Shown one piece after another: positions 56,952 through 64,000 of a stretch of 64,000 nucleotides of DNA (position 1 is the stretch's first letter; each line of letters opens with the position of its first letter). A program made the position numbers and the translations under genes. The stretch lies in assembly GCA_030550585.1 (NCBI GenBank), contig JAUQPB010000001.1, positions 416,001 to 480,000 of the forward strand, written 5' to 3'. The DNA comes from Thermoproteota archaeon (lineage in GTDB: Archaea > Thermoproteota > Thermoprotei_A > Sulfolobales > Ignisphaeraceae). Below the pieces are notes generated by a model. It made no database searches and was not told the origin of the DNA. It saw only the letters and a program-made list of their open reading frames with translations.

Positions 56952-57722
56952 GTGAAGAGTGTGAGCTTGTCTTTTACAATACAGCCAGCAGTAGTCTTTT
57001 CGTATCCTAGCGCAAAAGATTTTACAAATATCCTGAAAACGCTTTCGGAAATAGTTGACGAGGTTCTCTTCAAAGTCAGCGAAAAGGGTGTAAATGTGAA
57101 GGCTCTTGACCCAAGCAGAGTGGCCATGATATCCATCACACTTCCTGCAGAGTCTTTCCAAGAATTTAGAGCTGAAAAAGAGTTGAGCATAGGTTTGGCA
57201 GTCGGAAATCTAACAAAGATTTTGAAGCAGTTGAAGAAAGGCGACAAGCTTACTATAGGGGCTAATGAAGAGAGCGTCGAAATATTGGTTGAGGGGGCTT
57301 CGATGAGGAGATACAAGTTTAGAAATATTGAGGTTGTGGAAGAGGAGATACCTGAGCTCTCACCCCAGTATGATGTAGAGGCATCGGTACTATCATCACC
57401 ATTTAGAACAGCTTTATCGGAACTAGCATCAGTTACAAGCACAATAGGAATCACAGCAACGCAAGATGCTTTGACATTGCTGGACTTCGACTCAAAGAGA
57501 AGCACATACAAGCTAACCACAGCCTCGGGAAACGTTATATCGTTGAATGTGAAAAAAGAGAATGTTGTGGGTGCTTACGATAGTGAGTATGTAGCAAAAA
57601 TCGAGGATATTCTAAGACTCAGCAACATTATTGATGTAAAGTTTGGTTCTGAAGCACCTCTCTACATATCAGCAGAGTTTTCTGGTGGAAAAGCAGAGTA
57701 CTATCTAGCTGCAAAGATCTAG
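56952..57722 (+). CDS. pcn: DNA polymerase sliding clamp PCNA subunit
   Basis: KALDPSRVAMI, YDSEY, FGSEAPL, YYLAAK. Confidence 0.93.
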   Translation: MKSVSLSFTIQPAVVFSYPSAKDFTNILKTLSEIVDEVLFKVSEKGVNVKALDPSRVAMISITLPAESFQEFRAEKELSIGLAVGNLTKILKQLKKGDKLTIGANEESVEILVEGASMRRYKFRNIEVVEEEIPELSPQYDVEASVLSSPFRTALSELASVTSTIGITATQDALTLLDFDSKRSTYKLTTASGNVISLNVKKENVVGAYDSEYVAKIEDILRLSNIIDVKFGSEAPLYISAEFSGGKAEYYLAAKI

Positions 57723-57755
57723 CGCAAAGCAGGATATATTTGTATTGCACCCCTC

Positions 57756-58955
57756 CTACTGCTGTGTGTTTGAATCCATGTTTTCCCCAGTTGCCAAATC
57801 CTTATCGATTGTAGCGACCTTTTTGCCAATGCCCATAGCAACTCTATAAGGATACTGAACAGGGTTTCTAATACCGCATTCCCATTTGCACATACCCAAA
57901 GTTTTCATAGTGCTGCAACTATAGGTTAGATACTTCTTTTTCGAACCCCTTAAACCAGCTAAATGCTCTATCTGATACTTTGTTATCCTTTCGTTGAAGT
58001 CTGGACTACGTCTAAAGAGATCGATTAAAATTTCTTGAGGAACACCAATATTTATTAAGAATGTTGCTAAAGCAAATCGTTGATGATGTGACAGATTCTC
58101 TCCTCTGCTCAAATATTCCATAATATCTCTTATACATGGTGGGAATAACTTCTGTGCAACTCTATACAAATCTTCAACGCTATTAATATTCTCAAAATGG
58201 TATCTAGTTGAAGATGCCATCAAATTAGATTGGCTATCAACAGTCTTTTCCTCAGCACCAAACCCACCTGCTTTTACTGCGTCTCTAATTTTTTCACTAC
58301 TTTGTGTTGAGTCGAGTAAACTCTTTACTTGTTGACAAGAGTCTGAAAGCAGACGCAGTTTAGTTGTTAGGGAGCTCCTCAAATACTCTATTATTAGGCG
58401 TATAACCCTGTCTCTTCTATCAATATACACATAACCTTTTGAAATGGGGTAGGATATTATTCTCCAGCTCTCCTCCGTTAGAAGGTTTCTAGCCATTCTA
58501 ATATAGTCAACAAAATGGATTCTATATCTATAGCAAAGCTTTGTAATAACATATTTACCTCTCCTCATGGTCACATACGTAGAACTGGCGAAGCACTTAT
58601 CATTAAAATCTGCGTTAATTCCAAGTGATTTGACAAAGTCTATAAGTGCATCGTCGCTATAGCTACTCAACTCGTTAGCGACAGTATCAAGAACCTTGTG
58701 AACAGCCTTGCTAATGTGAACACCACTACCATATAGCGAGATGGCTATTAGCGAGGCAGTCAAATGGTATTCCTTCACATTTTCAGAAAGACTGTGGTTC
58801 TCATTGTCTTCCACAAGTCCATTGAGAAGACCATTCCCTAAAGCCTCTTCAATACTGTCCATGAAAATCTTTGTATCGTCTAAGAACAGATTCTTCAAGA
58901 TCTCTTTACATGAGTTGGCGTTTATCAGCATTAAAATAAGTTTAGCTATGCTCAT
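57756..58955 (-). CDS. priL: DNA primase large subunit
   Basis: FPPCI, NLSHHQRF, PDFNERITKYQIEH, YSCSTMKTLGMC..C..RNP (Fe-S domain). Confidence 0.93.
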   Translation of the reverse strand: MSIAKLILMLINANSCKEILKNLFLDDTKIFMDSIEEALGNGLLNGLVEDNENHSLSENVKEYHLTASLIAISLYGSGVHISKAVHKVLDTVANELSSYSDDALIDFVKSLGINADFNDKCFASSTYVTMRRGKYVITKLCYRYRIHFVDYIRMARNLLTEESWRIISYPISKGYVYIDRRDRVIRLIIEYLRSSLTTKLRLLSDSCQQVKSLLDSTQSSEKIRDAVKAGGFGAEEKTVDSQSNLMASSTRYHFENINSVEDLYRVAQKLFPPCIRDIMEYLSRGENLSHHQRFALATFLINIGVPQEILIDLFRRSPDFNERITKYQIEHLAGLRGSKKKYLTYSCSTMKTLGMCKWECGIRNPVQYPYRVAMGIGKKVATIDKDLATGENMDSNTQQ

Positions 58956-59457
58956 TATATTCCTCAAACCTCTTTGACACACATGCTATTATCTCTTCTT
59001 CAGAAGCTCTATCTAAATTCTTGCAACACACAGAAAAGGCTCTGACTATTCGGCTGATCTGTTCAGAGAGCTCAGCAAAACTTTCGTTGTGTATGCAAAC
59101 TGTTTTAGAGTTGGCATCGCTTTTTTCAATACTAATTAAGAGTATGGGATTTATGGGGGGATCTGGAATATTCTCAAACGGTTTTCTACTGCCTAAATAG
59201 ATCCATTTCACTCTCGAGTTCACAGTCTCTATCCTATACCAATATCTACCAAAATAGTAGTATGTCTTCAAACCAGTGGCACTCTTCTTCACAACGATGT
59301 GCATAGGCTTTAGATAAACCCCATAGCTTTTAATCATCCTATTATACTCATACAGCTGGATTCTATATAGATCAAGAAGATAGTTTACCATTAAAGACAT
59401 GCAGTCTCTATCGAGGCACAGCCTAGGCGAAGAAATTGAGGCCAAGATTAACCACAC
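58942..59457 (-). CDS. Conserved crenarchaeal hypothetical protein coupled to priL
   Basis: YLKPMHIV...YYYFGRYWYR...KWIYLG aromatic/basic motif, probably nucleic-acid binding. Confidence 0.7.
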   Translation of the reverse strand: MWLILASISSPRLCLDRDCMSLMVNYLLDLYRIQLYEYNRMIKSYGVYLKPMHIVVKKSATGLKTYYYFGRYWYRIETVNSRVKWIYLGSRKPFENIPDPPINPILLISIEKSDANSKTVCIHNESFAELSEQISRIVRAFSVCCKNLDRASEEEIIACVSKRFEEYNEHS

Positions 59458-59583
59458 AATCAGAGTGCTTATATTTCAGAAAAATAATAAGGTGTGCCTC
59501 GGATTGCCTAACAATTCTCAAACATGTTAAACTTTATACAAATCAAAGGCCTGAGCAGAATCAAAATCCGCGCAATATTCGTT

Positions 59584-60744
59584 TTATTTAGAGATCTCCA
59601 ACATCTTTTTGCTGAGCTCATTTATTATCGTACCAGCTCTCTTTATCTTCTCTTCTCCAACAAATAGGTGAAGACCATTATCAAGAACTATCTCACCTCC
59701 TACAATAACGGTTTTCACTGTGTAGAAAGCATTACTTATAGCGTGAACAACCGTCTTACTAGATATTGGTAGAGGGCCGTAGGGAGGCTCTCTAAAACTC
59801 AGCACTATAATGTCTGCTTGTTCGGATTCTCTTATGGATGAAGTGCCAATTTTATTGTTTAGAGAATTGGTATGAGACAGCGCACTCACTGTTGTATACG
59901 CATCTTTGCACACTGAGTATAGAATTGATAGAGATCTCTTTGGATTGAGAAACCCGGTTTCATAGCTCATTATCCCGCAACCAGCCCTCCAGCTGTCTAT
60001 TGATGTGTAGATACATGGTGATGCAACATAGCTCTTCGGATTCAGCAGAATCACATTATTTATTTCTCTTACTATGGGCAAGGCTTTTTCAAACACTTCG
60101 CTATCTACATAAACATAGGTTCTATCCTCGTTTACAACATCTATGAACTCCTTCGACAGCTTAGCTAAATCACCTTCGCTTTCAAGTAGAAGAGCCATTG
60201 AAATCATTTTCTTAGCCATTGCATCCTGATCCTTAACACCCTTTAACAAGGTCTTTTTGAGATGCTCATAATCATCTACTGTAGATATCAGAGAAGCCGG
60301 CAAAACAAATCTAGCTCTAGTCCAGCTATTTGAAGAAGCCTCTGCAAGAGCTTGTACAATCTTTTCATTAGCCTCTCTAATCAAGGTAACAACAGATGTT
60401 ACGCCATGAAACGCCAGGGAAGCAAATGAAACCTCTAAAAGCGTTTCAAGCTCTAATCTAGTAAGTGTTGAGATTGCATTTGACAGGTCGTCGCTGTTGT
60501 CGTTGAATTGAAATAGGTAATGGAGGATATTCCCCATCCCAACAACGAAGCCTGGCAACACAACAGCGAAACTATCATTGATGACATAATCAGCGAACTC
60601 GAGTTCTATTGGCGGAGCACCCTCGCCATAGGTTACTATGACCCCTTTGTCTATAAACAGATATCCGTTTTGTACGAAAGGTTTTTGGCTATTCATTGTC
60701 AATATGGTTGCATTCTCGATTAAGATTTTCATGGATTTGACCAC
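59584..60744 (-). CDS. Amidohydrolase-fold protein, apparently lacking metal ligands
   Basis: ILIENATILTM, VLPGFV, ADIIV, VKTVIVGGEIV framework; HxH replaced by GMG. Confidence 0.8.
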   Translation of the reverse strand: MVKSMKILIENATILTMNSQKPFVQNGYLFIDKGVIVTYGEGAPPIELEFADYVINDSFAVVLPGFVVGMGNILHYLFQFNDNSDDLSNAISTLTRLELETLLEVSFASLAFHGVTSVVTLIREANEKIVQALAEASSNSWTRARFVLPASLISTVDDYEHLKKTLLKGVKDQDAMAKKMISMALLLESEGDLAKLSKEFIDVVNEDRTYVYVDSEVFEKALPIVREINNVILLNPKSYVASPCIYTSIDSWRAGCGIMSYETGFLNPKRSLSILYSVCKDAYTTVSALSHTNSLNNKIGTSSIRESEQADIIVLSFREPPYGPLPISSKTVVHAISNAFYTVKTVIVGGEIVLDNGLHLFVGEEKIKRAGTIINELSKKMLEISK

Positions 60745-60809
60745 AAGAAAGCGCTACTCTGATACACAATATTGTATTGGATAACAAGGTTTTTAATTTT
60801 TAGTTTATG

Positions 60810-62006
60810 CTATCCTTTCTTCTCTCTTTTTGTCTTTGGCCTTTCAATAGCTATTATTCTGACCCCAACGCCTATAAGTCTTCTCATTACAGCATCTAAG
60901 AATCTTACGTAGGAGCCTCTCTGACCCACAGCAGCGCCAATAACATCCTCATATATTTTTATCTGCAGATTGGGGCCAGCAAAATCAACTTCTTCTATGT
61001 GTTTCCAAATCCATGCTGTAGGATGAAGAGCTCTAACAAAGTCTTTGAAGTCTAGGTTGAGCTCTACTGCTCTTAGCCTCTTGTTCAACTCTTTCTCAGC
61101 AGAATTTATCCTCTCGCCACCTCTTCCAACAACTCTTCCAAGATGCCCCTGCTTAGCAATTATCAAAGCATCTGGAACATGTTCTGGGGATATTTCATAC
61201 CTTTGCTTATCTTGAGCAACATCAACAACAGATATTATATCGGCATCAGGTGCCTTGGCTTTAATAACGTCAAAAATCCTTTTCTCCTCTTCTGTCATTG
61301 TCCTAGACCTTAACTTGTACTCCAATAAAAATCTCAGCCCTCTTTTAGCCCCCTCTCTAACAATGTCTTTTACTCCAAGATCTACAACACGCGATTTCTC
61401 CTCGCTCAACAGAACCTCTCTAATCAATGCAGCTGGATCGCTCTGAACTTCTCTCAAAGCTTGGAAAACCGGATCCCCTGCAACGATTAGTCTGCTGTTT
61501 TGCCCTACCCTAATGATGGCCTCTATAATTGTCTCAGACTTCATTAGCTGGATATCGTCTATAAATATGATAGAATTGTCGAATGTTCTACCCCTAAGAT
61601 AATGAGGATCTGCAATAATAATTTTGCTTCCTATCAATGGCTCTATCTGGCTCCACTCAACAATTTCCCCAATAACATCTTGCATATAGCTCTTGACTAT
61701 TCCCATGAAAGCTTCTGGCGCTTTTGCAAGAGTTATCTCCTCACCTGTAGTCACATCGACAACGGGCTTTATAATAACAAACCTCTTATAGTTGCCTGTA
61801 AGAACACTGTTTATTCCATAGGCTATGCTAAACAGCGACTTGCCTGTGCCCGTGGGCCCAAAAAATCCTAGCACCTCATAGCTTTTATCGTTGAGAGCAT
61901 TGTACATCTCCTCCTGTCCTGGTGTTAGAGGTTTTATTTTGTCCCAGATACCAGCGCTCACAGCCATCACCGCAAGACTCATACTGATTCTCTTAGATAT
62001 CAGCAT
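60810..62006 (-). CDS. PhoH-family ATPase with C-terminal KH domains
   Basis: PLTPGQ, GPTGTGKS, YLRGRTFD, GRVVGRGGERI, AVGQRG. Confidence 0.9.
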   Translation of the reverse strand: MLISKRISMSLAVMAVSAGIWDKIKPLTPGQEEMYNALNDKSYEVLGFFGPTGTGKSLFSIAYGINSVLTGNYKRFVIIKPVVDVTTGEEITLAKAPEAFMGIVKSYMQDVIGEIVEWSQIEPLIGSKIIIADPHYLRGRTFDNSIIFIDDIQLMKSETIIEAIIRVGQNSRLIVAGDPVFQALREVQSDPAALIREVLLSEEKSRVVDLGVKDIVREGAKRGLRFLLEYKLRSRTMTEEEKRIFDVIKAKAPDADIISVVDVAQDKQRYEISPEHVPDALIIAKQGHLGRVVGRGGERINSAEKELNKRLRAVELNLDFKDFVRALHPTAWIWKHIEEVDFAGPNLQIKIYEDVIGAAVGQRGSYVRFLDAVMRRLIGVGVRIIAIERPKTKREKKG

Positions 62007-62658
62007 CCCTTAAAAATTTAAATAGCTTTTCAAGCTTTTGCTTCCCCTCTCTAAGCATCTCATTAGCAATGCTTACTATACGCGGCAAATCACTTGCAAC
62101 ATAGCCATCCCTATCTTTAAGGAGAAACGGCACCCATATACCACTCACAACCTCTACAACAATGCCCCCACTGCCAATGGATAAAATACCGCTATGTTTA
62201 AATCCTGCAGATCTTGCTATAATCAATAGCTTGTTTGCTGTTGTCAGATCAACTGCATTAAAATGTATTATAGGCCCGCTTACAATAAGCCATAATCTAT
62301 GCATATGCCTTTGTTCGATAATGCTAGTCAATTCGTTGAGCTGTATTGGCTCATGTTTTTTGAATATTACAAACGCTTCGTCTCTTTGCCACGGGTATGT
62401 AGAATCCACTACAGTTATTCTACCACTACACGAGCTTGTCGTAAATACATTCTTTTTGCTAAAGACCAATAAAATAAGATCCTTTATATCTCTATCAACA
62501 TAGCCTATCTCAACATCTTCCAAAAACCTCTTATATGCTTCCTCCCGCCTAATTCTCCAAAACTTTTCATCTACTTGCTCTTCCAATTCTATCACGATTT
62601 GATAAATGAGGTGTTGTTTGCTATTTGGAGAAAAACTTCTCAAGCTCTTCTCTAACAA
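61993..62658 (-). CDS. taw3: tRNA wyosine methyltransferase Taw3/Tyw3
   Basis: VDRDI, FTTSSCSGRI, KKHEP, GPIIH, AGFKHSGI. True start is probably downstream of 62621. Confidence 0.92.
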   Translation of the reverse strand: MLEKSLRSFSPNSKQHLIYQIVIELEEQVDEKFWRIRREEAYKRFLEDVEIGYVDRDIKDLILLVFSKKNVFTTSSCSGRITVVDSTYPWQRDEAFVIFKKHEPIQLNELTSIIEQRHMHRLWLIVSGPIIHFNAVDLTTANKLLIIARSAGFKHSGILSIGSGGIVVEVVSGIWVPFLLKDRDGYVASDLPRIVSIANEMLREGKQKLEKLFKFLRDADI

Positions 62659-64000
62659 TCATGGCAACGGTTTTACCGTCGGCGCGACCTCTAACCTCTG
62701 CCATTACCTTTCCCATTAGGTACTGAAAGGCTTTGTCCCCTCTCTTCCTAATTTCATCGGCTAGCTCGTTTATCTTTGTTCTGACAAGGTTTCTCAGCTC
62801 ATCATAGCCTATTCTCCGCAAGCTCAAACTCTTTACTATCTCATCAACAGATGCATCAGGCTTTTGGTATAGTGCTGTGGCTATGGTTATCAAATCCTCT
62901 TTACTAACATCACCTAGGTGTGCTATGGCTATAGCAATTTTGTGGAAGAAGATATCATCAACAACGTCTAAATCAATGCCGTCCTTCTTTAACTCTCCAT
63001 AAACAGTTGTAAAAAGCGTTGCCAAAGTTTTTGGATTTACACCATAAGCTTTAACAAGTTCTTCATATAGCGTCAGATAATCGCTATAGACAAGTTGTTT
63101 TGCAAGCTCAAAGCTGAGGTTGTATTGATAAATAAACTGCTTTATCTTATCATCAACTGTTGGCGGCACAAGCTTCTTAGCTTCTTCAAGTAACTCAACA
63201 GTTATTCTTATTGGTGGTATATCTGTCTCTGGATACATTCTAGCAGCACCTGGCTGGGGTCTCATATACCTTGTGGTACCATCTTCGTTGGCAGCCCTAG
63301 TCTCCTTCGGTATCCCCTCAATAGCCTCAGCACACCTATCTTTAACAACTTCCAATGCTCTTACAGCTTTTTCAGGTTTGTCAACAACAATAACAAATGC
63401 GTCCATGGAATCTATTTGCAATGCATATCGAAGCTCTTTTAAAATATCTTCATCTATTCCATAGCCTGGAAGCTCATCGCTGTGAATAACCCCCTTTACA
63501 CCTGCCCATTGCTTTGCATAGTCGGCAAGTTCTGTACCAAACCTTCTTCCATGTTGTAGCTCAACACCAAGAATTCCATCGAATTTAGGCAATTTCACTG
63601 CATATACCCTACCACCACCCTTTATCCCTTCTAGCACTAGCCTGCTTGAACTGCGACGCAGTATATCGGTTACATCAACAGGCTTCTGAGCCTCCACCTC
63701 AGCTCGGGTCACCCCCCTCTTTCTAAGCTCATCTCTAATCATTTTCAAGCCTATTAGACGCCTAACCTCCTCTTCTATAACCTTTGGGATGAGCTCGAGT
63801 TTCTGAACCCCCTTGATTTCTATCTTTGGACTTCCACTAATAGAGAGATTTAGATCCTGTCTAATGGTTCCAAGACCTCTTCTCGCTTTTCCTGTAAATC
63901 TTAGCATTAAGCCTATCTTCTCAGCAACTCGCCTTGCCTGTATAGGCGATGTTATGTCCGGTGCTGTTGATATCTCTATCAATGGTATTCCTAACCTGTC
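62621..64000 (-). CDS. gatE: Glu-tRNA(Gln) amidotransferase subunit E, C-terminal part (starts beyond the window)
   Basis: RRGLGTIRQDLNLSI, EIKGVQ, HSDELPGYG, RPQPGAARMYPETDIPP, LMGKVMAEVRGRADG. Confidence 0.96.
   Translation of the reverse strand, partial: DRLGIPLIEISTAPDITSPIQARRVAEKIGLMLRFTGKARRGLGTIRQDLNLSISGSPKIEIKGVQKLELIPKVIEEEVRRLIGLKMIRDELRKRGVTRAEVEAQKPVDVTDILRRSSSRLVLEGIKGGGRVYAVKLPKFDGILGVELQHGRRFGTELADYAKQWAGVKGVIHSDELPGYGIDEDILKELRYALQIDSMDAFVIVVDKPEKAVRALEVVKDRCAEAIEGIPKETRAANEDGTTRYMRPQPGAARMYPETDIPPIRITVELLEEAKKLVPPTVDDKIKQFIYQYNLSFELAKQLVYSDYLTLYEELVKAYGVNPKTLATLFTTVYGELKKDGIDLDVVDDIFFHKIAIAIAHLGDVSKEDLITIATALYQKPDASVDEIVKSLSLRRIGYDELRNLVRTKINELADEIRKRGDKAFQYLMGKVMAEVRGRADGKTVAMIVREELEKFFSK

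Overview
Core-genome segment of a hyperthermophilic crenarchaeon, probably Desulfurococcales (Ignisphaera-like). The assignment rests on L13e, the split-type splicing endonuclease subunit, crenarchaeal SAMDC, tRNA introns at non-canonical positions and GGTGA ribosome-binding sites. About 70 mostly housekeeping CDSs cover translation and RNA modification, DNA replication and repair, lipid synthesis, AglB and a 1203-aa S-layer-type protein. There are 9 tRNAs (three with BHB introns) and RNase P RNA. No CRISPR array or intact mobile element was seen. Signals missed by the ORF track: (1) four box C/D guide RNAs, one with both guides matching the tRNA-Leu(GAG) in this window and one matching two conserved 23S rRNA segments; (2) a probable H/ACA guide RNA; (3) an initiator tRNA enclosed by a second acceptor-stem-like helix ending in ACCA; (4) an RNase P RNA with A in place of the conserved bulged U of P4; (5) two clear and one weaker case of genes whose 5' ends lack an in-frame ATG/GTG/TTG, with near-cognate codons behind an SD; (6) an unannotated 8-Cys acidic microprotein after a flavoprotein; (7) an SSV-type integrase N-fragment at tRNA-Val; (8) a tandem operator plus RHH-type regulator in front of the S-layer gene. 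All product calls come from motif recognition, not database searches.
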